Positions 40,427-52,606 of a stretch of 64,000 nt of DNA are shown piece after piece. How positions within the stretch are numbered: the first letter of the stretch is position 1; every line of letters begins with the position of its first letter. The notes under the pieces were generated by a model. That model was not told the DNA's origin and made no database searches. It saw only the letters and a program-made list of their open reading frames with translations. The position numbers were made by a program, and so were the translations under genes. The DNA comes from Callorhinchus milii. Taxonomy: Eukaryota. The stretch is from the NCBI RefSeq assembly GCF_018977255.1, contig NW_024704743.1:3350001-3414000 (forward strand). The letters are read 5' to 3'.

Positions 40427-41824
40427 CTGCAAGGCAATGGCAGAGTCAGCTATGGTCCTGGAAATGTGGTCAGGGAGGAAGGCAGGGAGGAAGGAAGAAA
40501 GGAAGAAAAGAAATTGAGAGAGAAAAAGGAAGAAAGAAAAAGTAAGAGAAAGAGAAAAATGGGGGCAAAAAGAGAGTAAAAAGAGAGAAGGAGAAGGAGA
40601 ACATGATGAAGCAAAGGAGAAAAGGAAATGGAGAAAGAGAAAAAGAATGAGAAAGAATATAAAGAATTGGAATTTTACAGTGCTTCACAATGTTGTCAAG
40701 TGTAAATCCATGGGCAAACAGCAGTCAGTTTGTGGACAGCAATGTCCCACAAACAGCCAGGAAGTGGGAGACCAATCTTCTCTGGAGGACACTGGGAGAA
40801 ACTCCTGTCTCTTTACCAATAGTGTCACAGGATCTTTTACGTCCACCCTGAACAGGCAGTCAGGGCCTTGTAATCCCTCGCAAAGTATCGTCAGCCTGGA
40901 CTGTGAGTTCAAAGTCCCGAAGTACAGATCAAAACCCCAACTTTCTGCCTCAAGCTCTTTCCTGTGGAACGTCACTCCACCTCTTCGCAGACACCAACAG
41001 TGAGTTTTCTTTTATGAAACACACGATGCTGGTGTATGACGCAGCATTTCAAAGTCACCACAAAACAAATCCTCAATCATGGACCCCAGTGGTGGCCAGG
41101 CTTTATGGCCGGCCAACAAAATAAATTTTCTTGATTAAATATTTCTTGATTTATGCCATAAATCAAGTGATGTTCCACAACAATAACAACAAATTGCATT
41201 TATGTGGCACTTTTCATGTTGGGAGGACATCCCAAGTCGTGGGACAATAAGGGGTTTGCACCCGAGGTGTGGGTTGGGATCAGAGAGGGGTGGAGGGCAG
41301 GGAGGGTGAAGAGTGAGGATGACTGAAGGTACGGCTGAAAAGGAAGGTTTCGAGACGAGCCATGAAGGAGGCGAGAGCGGATGCGAGGCGGAGGGACTCC
41401 GGGAAGGCGTGCAATCAGAGAAAAATGAAAACACATTACCGATTGAACACGAACTTACCTGGGCTCGTGCAAATGTTTTGGGGAGTCGTTTCTTGATGGC
41501 CCGTGGGCCACAGTTTACCCACTGATTTACAACATTGCTCAATATAAGATTAGAAGACCTCACTGAAACTAGCCCTCAAAAACTCTGCCTCTTCCATCTC
41601 CTCTTACCCTACCACCAGCCTCGCCCTCCACTCCATACACTCAGGCTCCCTGTGCCTTTGTCTTACCAATTATTGGTGCCTGAGGATTTAGCCACTGCAC
41701 TCCTGCTCTCTGGAATTCCTTCCCAAAATGCCTCTGTCAACCTCTCTCTCCAAACAATAATAATCCTTGCATTTGATATAATACCTTATCAAGTCTTTGC
41801 ACCATCTCAAAGCGCTTCACAGAA

Positions 41825-42149
41825 TATAATAATAATAATAATCCTTGCATTTGATATAGCGCTTTTCACGTCGGGAGGACGTCCCAAAGCACTTTACAGA
41901 ACACACTGTAAAGTGAATTGACTGTATGTTTGTGGGCGAACGCGGCAGCCAATTGCGCACAGCAATGTCCCACAAACAGTCGTAGATTGAAAATGACCAA
42001 TTTATTATTGTTTTTGGTTTTGGAGGGATTATTATTAGGCTCTGTGTGGAGTAAGGAAACTTGCCCAAGGTTTCGCCCCCTGCCTGGAATTGAACTCAGG
42101 TCTCTCGCTTGCAAAGCGAGTGCTCTAACCACTGAGCTACAGGACTCCA
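41825..42149 (-). mobile_element. tRNA-derived SINE (young copy nested in an older copy spanning ~41755-42443)
   Basis: Near-identical to the 30521 copy; flanked by the tail and head of a diverged SINE. Confidence 0.85.
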
Positions 42150-42684
42150 TTAAAAAGTGAATTGACTATAAACTTTGTGGGTGAAACGCAGCAGCCAATG
42201 GCGCACAGCAATGTTCCACAAGCAGTCATGGATTGAGTTACCAGATTATTATTATTTTTTAAGGGATTATTACCTCGGAAAAACGATCCGCCAATCGACT
42301 AACAACCGGGTTTCTACTTACTGCTCGGTAAACAGAGGAGTGTGGAGTAAGAAAACTTGCCCAACGTTTTACCCAATCCGGGAATCGAACCCAGGACTTC
42401 TCGATTGTGAGGTGAATGATCTGACCACTGAGCTACAGGACTTTGCATCACACTTCTCCCAAGCAGCAACTTCTCTTAACATCTATCAACAAGCCCTTGG
42501 GTCGCCTTTCCCTATGCCCTGCCTTCTCACTTTGTTCAAGTATCCACATTGTGCATGTAAAATGCTCCACAAAGTTCCCCTATGGGATAGACCTGTTTTC
42601 CATTGTAAAGACAGATAGGCTCTTTTCTGTGATTACAATAGATGTCTGGCTGAATCTTGCTTAGCTACATTGACTCTCATGTAC

Positions 42685-42897
42685 CTGTAGTGCTTGGACT
42701 GGGCATGGCTGAGCTCGGCTGGACATTGATTGGAAAGTCACACACGCTGCTTTGTGAGTTGAAGATGAGACCAGGTGGGCAGCTCAAGTGGAACGTTCTC
42801 CTAAATGCGCACTGATAGAAGCTGGAGCTGTCCTTTGGATCGATGTAGAGGCCATCGGGTTTCAAGTTGCAAAAGTTGGGATCCACCTGGTCAGGTC
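42685..42897 (-). CDS. Gene B exon 9: CBM14 #7
   Basis: Tandem copy of the 213-nt exon with intact splice sites and frame. Confidence 0.88.
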
Positions 42898-43716
42898 CTG
42901 CAGGAGCATCACAACGTCAGCTATGGGCAGCCCTGAACTAACCACATGGGCTTGGGACTGGCTCAGAACATCTGACGCTGGGTTGACAATAAGCAAAGGT
43001 AAAATCATCACTGATTGGTGTTCAATGGTAGATAGCCCCTAGGGTCCTTGGTTCCTGAGGTTCACTCAAGCTAGATTGACGAACTCCCCAGAAAATCTCT
43101 GGTCAAGAGGTCCCTTCTTCCCAATTGATCTCAACCTTCCATACTACTCCCAAACTGATCATTTTCCATTCAGAGTGCACACATTGATCTGGAATCCCAA
43201 TCCCATCTCCTCTCATGACAACATCAGTGTTTCTCCCAGACTCTACCATCTCAGCTGTCCATCCGTCCAGTACAAGGAAATACTTCCTGGTGTGCACCCT
43301 ACAATTTCCCTTCACACCCTTTGAACCCATGGGTGTCCTCAGTGTAGCCCAAAGGAATATTCTCGTTGACTTTTTTCCTTCCCAATCCCAAACACTTCTT
43401 TTTTGGCTCTGAGGTTGGGGCAACAACCACTCTATGTGACAGGGACTGGACACACAACACTTCAGGCATGGTTGGAACATAGCTCATGTAGCATGAGCTG
43501 GACTTCTGGGCATCGGAACTCAACTGGTTGGCAATGGAGCCCACCATCCTGATTGGCCTGGGTTTCTGTCTTACAGAGTTGAGACATCGTGAGAAATGAG
43601 ACAATTCACACCCCCAGATCTCTTTCACTTTTCCCCAAGGCAATTTCAATCCTTCCCATGTCATATCCCCTGATCGTAGCATCCTATTAAATTGATCTGC
43701 AATGACTCTCATGTAC

Positions 43717-43929
43717 CTGTAGTGCTTGGACTGGGCACGGCTGAGCTGGGCTGGACATTGATTGGAAAGTCACACACGCTGCTTTGTGGGTTGAAGATGA
43801 GACCAGGTGGGCAGCTCAAGTGGAATGTTCTCCCAAATGCACACTGATAGAAGCTGGAGCTGTCCTTTGGATCGATGTAGAGGCCATCGGGTTTCAAGAT
43901 GCAAAAGTTGGGATCCACCTGGTCAGGTC
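43717..43929 (-). CDS. Gene B exon 8: CBM14 #6
   Basis: Tandem copy of the 213-nt exon with intact splice sites and frame. Confidence 0.88.
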
Positions 43930-44771
43930 CTGCAGGAGCAGCACAGCATCATCAATGGCCGGGGGCAGACCTGACCTAACCAAATGGGCTTGGGACTGGC
44001 TCAGAATATCTGACGCTCGGTTGACAATGAGCAAAGATAAAATCTTCACTGATTTGTGTTTATTCCGGTCAATGGTAGGTACCTCCTTGGGTCCTTGGTT
44101 CCCGAGGTTCACTCAAGCTATGTTGACAAGCTCTCCAGAGAATCTCTGGTCAAGAGGTGCCTTCAGCCCAATTGATCTCATCCTTCCATACTCCCAAATT
44201 GATTGTCTTCCAATCAAAGTGCCAAACATTGATCTGGAATCCCAATCCTGTCTCCTCTCATGACAACATCAATGTTTCTCCCGGCCTCTACCATCGTCTC
44301 AACTGTCCATCCCACCCTACCCCCACTGTGCAAAGAAATACTTCCTGCTGTAGGCTCTGCAATTGCCCTTCACACCCTTTGAGCCTATGAATGTCCTCAG
44401 TGTAGCCCAAAGGATTATTCTCATGGACTTTTTTCCTTCCCAATCCTAAACTCTTCTTTTTTGGTTCTGGGGTTGGGGCAACCACTCTATGTGACAGGGA
44501 CTGGACAGGCAACCCTCCAGGCGTGGCTTGAGCAGAGCTCATGGAGCATGAGCTGGACTTCTGGGCATCGGAACTCAACTGGTTGGCAATGGAACCCACC
44601 ATTCTGATTGGCCTGGGTTTCTGTCTTGCAGAGTTGAGACATTGCGTGAGTTGAGTTAATTCACATCCCCAGATCTCTTTCACTTTTCCCCAAGGCAATT
44701 TCAATCCTTCCCATGGCATATCCCCTGATCGTAACATCCCATTAAATTGACCTGCATCGAATCTTATGTAC

Positions 44772-44984
44772 CTGTTGTGCTTGGACTGGGCACGGCTGTG
44801 CTGGGCTGGACATTGATTGGAAAGTCACACACGCTGCTTTGTGGGTTGAAGATGAGACCAGGTGGGCAGCTCAAGTGGAACGTTCTCCCAAATGCACACT
44901 GATAGAAGCTGGAGCTGTCCTTTGGATCGATGTAGAGGCCATCGGGTTTCAAGTTGCAAAAATTGGGATCCACCTGGTCAGGTC
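44772..44984 (-). CDS. Gene B exon 7: CBM14 #5
   Basis: Tandem copy of the 213-nt exon with intact splice sites and frame. Confidence 0.88.
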
Positions 44985-45829
44985 CTGCAGGAGCAGCACA
45001 GCATCATCAATGGCCGGGGGCAGACCTGAACTAACCACATGGGCATGGGACTGGCTCAGAATATCTGACGCTCGGTTGACAATGAGCAAAGATAAAATCT
45101 TCACTGATTTGTGTTTATTCTGGTCAATAGTAGGTACCTCCTTGGGTCCTTGGTTCCTGAGGTTCACTCAACGTATGTTGACAAGCTCTCCAGAGAATCT
45201 CTGGTCAAGAGGTGCCTTCTGCCCAATTGATCTCATCCTTCCATACTCCCAAACTGATTGTCTTCCAATCAGAGTGCCAAACATTGATCTGGAATCCCAA
45301 TCCTGTCTCCTCTCATGACAACATCAATGTTTCTCCCATCCTCTACCATTGTCTCAGCTGTCCATCCCACCCTACCCCCACTGTGCAAGGAAATACTTCC
45401 TGGTGTATGTACAGCAATTGCCCTTCACACCTCTTCAGCCTATGGGTGTCCTCAGTGTAGCCCAAAGGATTATTCTCATTGACTTTTTTCCTTCCCAATC
45501 CCAAACTGTTCGCTTTTGGCTCTGGGGTCAGGGCAACTATTCTATGTGACAGAGACTGGAAGAGCACACAACACTCCAGGGTGGTTTGAAGAGAGCTCAC
45601 GTAGCATGAGTTGGATGTCTGGGCATCTGAACTCAACTGGTTGGCAATGGAGCCCACCATCCTGATTGGCCTGGGTTTCTGTCTTGCAGAGTTGAGACAT
45701 CGTGAGAAATGAGACAATTCACACCCCCAGATCTCTTTCACTTTTCCCCAAGGCAATTTCAATCCTTCCCATGTCATATCCCCTGATCGTAACATCCCAT
45801 TAAATTGACCTGCATCGAATCTTATGTAC

Positions 45830-46042
45830 CTGTTGTGCTTGGACTGGGCACGGCTGTGCTGGGCTGGACATTGATTGGAAAGTCACACACGCTGCTTTGT
45901 GGGTTGAAGATGAGACCAGGTGGGCAGCTCAAGTGGAACGTTCTCCCAAATGCACACTGATAGAAGCTGGAGCTGTCCTTTGGATCGATGTAGAGGCCAT
46001 CGGGTTTCAAGTTGCAAAAGTTGGGATCCACCTGTTGAGGTC
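45830..46042 (-). CDS. Gene B exon 6: CBM14 #4
   Basis: Tandem copy of the 213-nt exon with intact splice sites and frame. Confidence 0.88.
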
Positions 46043-46884
46043 CTGCAGGAGCAGCACAGCATCATCAATGGCCGGGGGCAGACCTGACCTAACCAAATGG
46101 GCTTGGGACTGGCTCAGAATATCTGACGCTCGGTTGACAATGAGCAAAGATAAAATCTTCACTGATTTGTGTTTATTCCGGTCAATGGTAGGTACCTCCT
46201 TGGGTCCTTGGTTCCCGAGGTTCACTCAAGCTATGTTGACAAGCTCTCCAGAGAATCTCTGGTCAAGAGGTGCCTTCAGCCCAATTGATCTCATCCTTCC
46301 ATACTCCCAAATTGATTGTCTTCCAATCAAAGTGCCAAACATTGATCTGGAATCCCAATCCTGTCTCCTCTCATGACAACATCAATGTTTCTCCCGGCCT
46401 CTACCATCGTCTCAACTGTCCATCCCACCCTACCCCCACTGTGCAAAGAAATACTTCCTGCTGTAGGCTCTGCAATTGCCCTTCACACCCTTTGAGCCTA
46501 TGAATGTCCTCAGTGTAGCCCAAAGGATTATTCTCATGGACTTTTTTCCTTCCCAATCCTAAACTCTTCTTTTTTGGTTCTGGGGTTGGGGCAACCACTC
46601 TATGTGACAGGGACTGGACAGGCAACCCTCCAGGCGTGGCTTGAGCAGAGCTCATGGAGCATGAGCTGGACTTCTGGGCATCGGAACTCAACTGGTTGGC
46701 AATGGAACCCACCATTCTGATTGGCCTGGGTTTCTGTCTTGCAGAGTTGAGACATTGCGTGAGTTGAGTTAATTCACACCCCCAGATCTCTTTCACTTTT
46801 CCCCAAGGCAATTTCAATCCTTCCCATGTCATATCCCCTGATCGTAGCATCCTATTAAATTGATCTGCAATGACTCTCATGTAC

Positions 46885-47097
46885 CTGTAGTGCTTGGACT
46901 GGGCACGGCTGAGCTGGGCTGGACATTGATTGGAAAGTCACACACGCTGCTTTGTGGGTTGAAGATGAGACCAGGTGGGCAACTCAAGTGGAATGTTCTC
47001 CCAAATGCACACTGATAGAAGCTGGAGCTGTCCTTTGGATCGATGTAGAGGCCATCGGGTTTCAAGATGCAAAAGTTGGGATCCACCTGTTGAGGTC
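46885..47097 (-). CDS. Gene B exon 5: CBM14 #3
   Basis: ctgcag|GACCT acceptor and CAG|GTACAT donor; 213 nt; GPQQVDPNFCILKPDGLYIDPKDSSSFYQCAFGRTFHLSCPPGLIFNPQSSVCDFP... Confidence 0.88.
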
Positions 47098-47419
47098 CTG
47101 CAGGGGCAGCACAGCATCATCAATGGCCGGGGATAGACCTGAGCTAACCACATGGGCTTGGGACTGGCTCAGAATATCTGATGCTCGGTTGACAATGAAC
47201 AAAGATAAAATCATCACTGATTTTTGTTAATTCTGGTCAATGGTAGATACCTCCTTGGGTCCTTGGTTCCCGAGGTACACTGAAGCTATATTGACAGTTC
47301 TCCAGAGGATCTCTGGTCAAGATATCCCTTCTGCCCATTGATCTCATCCTTCCAGACTCTCAGCCTGACTGTCTTTCAATCAGAGCACTACATTTCTTGT
47401 ATGAGTCCGAGCATCAAGA

Positions 47420-47640
47420 GCTCAAGCACCCTTCCTGGCAGCTTTGGCAACAGTTCTTATTGTGACTTATTCTGTGGGTTAAGGAATATTTCCTGATATC
47501 TGGTTTAAATCTGCCCTTCACAATCCTGAAGCCATGTCCTCGTGACTTAGGAACATAGAAATGTAGGAATGACCGGATGAAAAAAGACAATGGTCCATCT
47601 AGTTCACCTTCTACCATCCTAGTAGTCACATGCTGCAATA
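47420..47640 (-). mobile_element. LINE (CR1-like) fragments
   Basis: SRGHGFRIVKGRFKPDIRKY motif plus tail sequence. Confidence 0.6.
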
Positions 47641-47789
47641 ATGGAAATGTTGATAGCAATTAATTCTGGATGGATTATTCTACAACAGAGTGGAAAGCTT
47701 TGGGAACCTTAGATCCAAAGTGGAGCTCATCCCTCTTATACCCTGTGCTGAAGGCCTCATATCTTAGTAAAAGAAGTGCATGCAGTACT

Positions 47790-48112
47790 TCAGGAGCTAA
47801 TTCCCGAGCAGGGCGAAACCTTAGGCAGGTTTCCTTACTCCACACGCCTCCATTTGCCTAGCAATAAACAGGAACCGTTTTTTTTAGTCAATTGGCGGAT
47901 CACTTTCCAGGGCTAATAATCCCTCCAAAAAAAAATTGTTCACTCAATCCACGGCTGTTGGTGGGACACTGCTGGTGCAATTGGCTGCCGGTTTTCGCCC
48001 ACAAAATACACAATACAAAATATATTGACAATGTATGAAAGTGAAGCCTTTTGAGACCTCTCAATGACATGGGAAGGCGCTATAACAAAGACAAGGATTG
48101 TTATTATTATCA
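47790..48112 (+). mobile_element. Diverged tRNA-SINE
   Basis: gggcgaaaccttaggcag.tttccttactccacac core and caaggattgttattatt tail. Confidence 0.75.
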
Positions 48113-49436
48113 CTATAACTGAGACCACATTACAATTGAGAGCACACTACAATCGAGACCACCACAACAACTAAAGCAATCGCTACATTGGAGAACACCA
48201 CGATGATCTATGACTTCTGGGAACTGAGCCCAGCAATCTTTCTTTCTTTACAAGATCACAGCATCAGTTTCGATAAAGAAGACTCTTCAGACCATAATTA
48301 TTCCACAACAGCCATCGTCCCATCACAGCATTAATCTGCTTTGATCTAACACTGTGAGGCAGCAACAAATTGTGTTTATTGCAGCCGCACACTGTTAGAT
48401 TTGGGTCAACTAATGAGTCAACTAACACCCCAATTCTGTGCACAGTGGGTTTGCCTACAAATATACAATCACTTCATTTCACAGTAAATCCTGCCAAGCG
48501 TTTTGAGATGACCTAAACCAAATGCAAGTAAAGTAATATTATTTCTCAGCCCTTTGAAAACTGTTGTCTGTTTCCTTCACTGCTCCATTGATTCCCTGTT
48601 TCTGAAAGGATCCTCGTGCTCCTATATATATATATATATATAAATACCTTCACATCTTAGCATCTCATTACTTCTCTGACCCTCTCCGCTACCTGCCTCC
48701 TTGGCTCCTCACCACCATCAGTGACCGTGCCTTCAGCCACTGCGCTCCTAGCTTTAATCCGTGTGCCTTGCCTTTCCCTCTTTATCTATCTTTAAGACCT
48801 GCCTCTTCAACTGTGCATGTGGTCATCAAAACCTCCCACCCACCTTCTCCCTTCTCTCTTACTTAGCATCCAGCCCCACGACTGTGCAGTTCTTCAAGAC
48901 ACTGTCCCGCATGAAAGGCATGATATAAATACAAATTGCTTTTAGTCAATTACAAATCTACATCAGCAACATCTTGTGACTTTATTTTGTGAATTAATCT
49001 CTCCTGTGACTTTATCAAAGGCCTTTTTGAAATCCAGATTACACACATGGCTTCCCAGTCTGAATGCAGGAATGTCACTTGATAACAGCAACAATAACTT
49101 GCATTTATATGGCACCTCTCATGCAGGGTAGAGTCACAGGGCTCTAACAAAAAGTGTCTGAGATTGGTCGCACAAGACGAAGACCGGTTGGCCCATTTTG
49201 TATCAATAATCCCTTCATTTAACAAGATCTCAAAACATTTCACAGAGAATTGCTACCAAGTCTAGTAATGGTGTACTTGTAGGCAACATGTGGCTCGCTT
49301 GCACCAATTCTGCAATGCAGATCATTGATGCTTACATAAAATGTGTGCTGACCATCCTTGTGTTAGTTTATCTGTGACAGCTTCTGGTGTTGAAGAGTAA
49401 AGCTGTCAAAAAGTTACACTACATACATCCATAGGA

Positions 49437-49850
49437 TTTTTTTTTGCTCAGCGGGTGTCTGACATGTGTGGAAACCAAACCAAACTGAGAATTCTATGCA
49501 TTCCACCTGGAAATGCCAGAGATATTGTTGGGATGGAATGCGCACTCTCTCCCTGGAGGTACATATCCTGCTTACCTAATTCGGGAAAGTATTCGGCGTG
49601 CTTGGGGACCCCAGAGTGTGCATTGGGGTAACTGCTGGAGTCTAACCAGCTAAAATCCCATAGCTTGCCATTGATAATGCTGTCTGGCAAGCTTTCCCGC
49701 TGCTTGTCCAGCTAGGACCACCCTACTCTTTAGGGCTTTGGCTTATAGGCGTAACAGGAGCTGAGTGGGATAATTCCCACACGCGGCTGGGCTCGATTCC
49801 AATATTTCATTGCCAAACATGTCACCTTGGAGATAGTTCAACTTAAAAGA
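49437..49850 (-). mobile_element. Poly(A)-tailed dispersed repeat (same family as the ~475-bp insert in the array units)
   Basis: Ends gtcagacacccgctgagc(A)n on the - strand; other copies at ~34362-34570 (+), 35960-36440 (+), 36890-37085 (-), 60622-61120 (-). Confidence 0.7.
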
Positions 49851-50486
49851 GACCCTGCTTACAACGACAACAACAAATTACAAATATATAGTGCCTTTCA
49901 CATCAGGAGGACATCCCAAAGCGTTAAACGGTCAGGTGGTAGGGCACTCATCGTGTTATTTACTACGTTTCCCAATCTGGAAAATAACCTTTGATTTTAG
50001 AGAGGGTTATAGGGAAGAGAGAGGACAGGAAGGGAAGGAGGTAATAATAATAGTAAAACAAAAGTTAAACCTGTACCCGTATTCGAAAAACTGGTGCGCG
50101 GAAATGACATCACGCAGGGTGTTTTGGCTATTAGTTCAGGTGGGAAATTTTGAAATTTCAACTCCGCGCCTGAACCCACCGATAACCGTGCCTCCTACAC
50201 CGATTCCTGTTCACCCACCAATCCCCGTGACCAAGCTCCTTCCCCGAGACCTCTGCCCTATTGTTGCCTGCGGGTCTCAATCCCGCTGGTTCCTGTTGAC
50301 CTTGATATCCTCTCAACGCACTGCTGGAGGCCTCGCTGCCTCTCAAACTGAAGCATAGGATTATACAGGCAAGACAATAGAGTAAGAGACCAACGGACCA
50401 GTGGCCAATGGACTTTCTCATCCGCAAATCTCCTTTCCTTGAGCTCTATTCAACACCAAATATTAATATTTAATTTTCCTCTTTAC

Positions 50487-51437
50487 CTGTGGTGGTCACC
50501 AATGTGCTGTCCTCTACCGTTGTGGTTGTGGTTGTTGTAGTGGGGTCCGTTGTAGTGGTGGCTTCAGTTGTTGTGGTAGTGGCTTCAGTCGTTGTGGTAG
50601 TGGCTTCAGTCGTTGTGGTAGTGGCTTTAGTCGTTGTGGTCGGCTGTGTTGTAGTGGTGGCCTCAGTGGTTGTGGTGGGTTGTGTTGTAGTGGTGGCTTC
50701 AGTGGTTGTGGTGGGCTGTGTTGTAGTGGTGGCTTCAGTGGTTGTGGTGGCTTCAGTGGTTGTGGTGGGCTGTGTTGTAGTGGTGGCCTCAGTGGTTGTG
50801 GTGGGTTGTGTTGTAGTGGTGGCTTCAGTGGTTGTGGTGGGCTGTGTTGTAGTGGTGGCTTCAGTGGTTGTGGTGGCTTCAGTGGTTGTGGTGGGCTGCG
50901 TTGTAGTAGTAGCTTCAGTGGTTGTGGTGGGCTGTGTTGTAGTAGTAGCTTCAGTGGTTGTAGTGGGCTGTGTTGTGGTGGCTTCAGTGGTTGTGGTGGG
51001 CTGTGTTGTGGTGGCTTCAGTGGTTGTGGTGGGCTGTGTTGTAGTAGTAGCTTCAGTGGTTGTAGTGGGCTGTGTTGTGGTGGCTTCAGTGGTTGTGGTG
51101 GGCTGTGTTGTGGTGGCTTCAGTGGTTGTGGTGGGCTGTGTTGTAGTAGTAGCTTTAGTGGTTGTGGTGGGCTGTGTTGTAGTAGCTTTAGTGGTTGTAG
51201 TGGGCTGTGTTGTAGTGGTGGCTTCAGTCGTTGTCACACGCTCTGTGGTTCCTGGAGGGGTTGTTACAAAGATAACGATACATGCCTTCACCATGTCGCT
51301 GAAGACCAAATCTGGATCACATTTAACATGGATTGTTTTTCCCAACCGACAAAAGTAGAAACTTGTCACATCTAACGGATCCACATGGACACCATCAGGC
51401 AAGCCAGTGCAGAAGGTTGGAATCGCAGTTGTAGTGC
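50487..51437 (-). CDS. Gene B exon 4: CBM14 #2 (FCTGLPDGVHVDPLDVTSFYFCRLGKTIHVKCDPDLVFSDMVKAC) plus long (TTTEATTTTQP)-type mucin domain
   Basis: ttctcttgcag acceptor and CAG|GTAAAG donor; 951 nt open, phase 1-1; matches ORF 50470..51402. Confidence 0.9.
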
Positions 51438-51734
51438 CTGCAAGAGAAATAGCAACACAGATCTACATCTTGTCAAGCCCTGCTGACCCACATTTATCGA
51501 TAGTCCCTGCAGTTCACAATCCCTGCATTACCCGAAATACTACACGTCTGAACACCTCAAGATAACAAAGTAAGGAACTCCAATGTCATGAGTATTATCA
51601 TAAAGATGGTTTGTTGTGTGTGTACGTATGTGGGAATTGTGGATTGTGTTGCATTACATAAGAACATAAGAATTTGCGGAGCAAAAGAAATCCAAGGTCC
51701 ATCTAGTTTGCCGTCCAGCATCCTGGCAGTCTCA

Positions 51735-52046
51735 CTTGGATCACATTTAACAAGGATTATTTTTCCCAACCGACAAAAGTAGAAACTTATTCAAGATTGA
51801 GATAGCTAGATAGATTTCGTATTACAAAAAGGATTAAGGGATATGGGGATAAGGCAGGGTCAGGTTATTAGCTGGAGTTAGATTAGAAGATCAGCCGTGA
51901 TTGAATGGTGGGGGAGGCTCGAAGGACCGAATGGCCTACTCTTGCTCCTACATGTTATGTTATGTTATCACATTGAGTGGATCCACATCGACACTATCAG
52001 GCAAGCCAGTGCAGAAGGTTGGAATCTCAGACATAGTGCCTGCAAG
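51735..52046 (-). pseudogene. Dead duplicate of the gene B exon-4 CBM14, split by a CR1-type LINE 3' fragment
   Basis: 51737-51788 matches 51313-51364 and 51979-52046 matches 51377-51445; the halves are separated by a LINE tail at ~51789-51968. Confidence 0.8.
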
Positions 52047-52187
52047 ACATGTCATGTCCCAAACTATATACTGTACCCCGAGATATTATTTTCTAGCAGA
52101 ACTGTCTAATTTGTTCTTGAAACAAATTACATTTTCTGCTTCCACTGTCTCCCTAGGGAACCGGTTCTCTAAGTTTACTAGTATTAG

Positions 52188-52600
52188 TTTTGGTGTGTTG
52201 TGTGGGGTGTGTTAGGCTGGGATGTCTTGTTGGGTTATGTGGATAGGGGAGTGTTGGGTTATGTTGGGTTGGGGTGTGTTGGGTTGGGGTGTGTTGGGGA
52301 GTATTGGATTGGGGTGTGTTGGGTTGGAGTGTGTTGGGTTGGGGTGTGTTGGGTTGGGGTGTGTTGAGTTGGGGTGTGTTGGGTTGGGGTGTGTTGGCTT
52401 GGGCAGTGTCGGGTTGGAGTGTGTCGGGTTGGGGTGGGTTGGCTTGGGCAGTGTCGGGTTGGAGTGTGTCGGGGTGGGGTGTGTCGGGTTGGGGTGTGTT
52501 GGGTTGGGGTGTGTCGGGTTGTGTTGGGGTCTGTTGGGTTGGGGTGCATTGTGTTGTGTTGGGGTGTGTTGAGGTGTATTGGGCTGTGTTGGGTTGTGGT
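52188..52600. repeat. Intronic G/T-rich minisatellite, approximately (ttggggtgtgttggg)n
   Basis: 15-nt unit built from 5-mers. Confidence 0.9.
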
Positions 52601-52606
52601 GTGTAC

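Larger units (their letters stand above)
42672..47390. repeat. ~1.05-kb tandem repeat (about 4.5 units), each carrying one CBM14 exon
   Basis: Exon spacing 1032, 1055, 1058, 1055; highly similar introns. Confidence 0.95.

Noticed and set aside
41145..41167. Perfect 11-bp-arm palindrome CTTGATTTATG-C-CATAAATCAAG
   Set aside because: AT-rich and within an old repeat fragment (related sequence near 34120); no evidence of function.
43299..46880. 137-159 aa ORFs within the 1.05-kb repeat introns
   Set aside because: No recognisable domain, frames differ between copies, and no convincing splice sites.
42677..47086. Five independent 69-aa CBM14 genes
   Set aside because: They have GTG 'starts', no signal peptide and phase-1 splice sites on both sides, so they are internal exons.
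48110..48335. Short Thr-rich open frame on the + strand in a gene B intron
   Set aside because: No splice sites or start, and too short and degenerate to support a call.
50489..51375. Val-rich and Cys/Gly-rich (keratin-associated-like) + strand ORFs
   Set aside because: They are antisense shadows of the Thr-rich mucin exon.
52212..52606. (HPNPT)n ORF extension
   Set aside because: It lies beyond the exon-3 donor at 52606 and is an intronic minisatellite.
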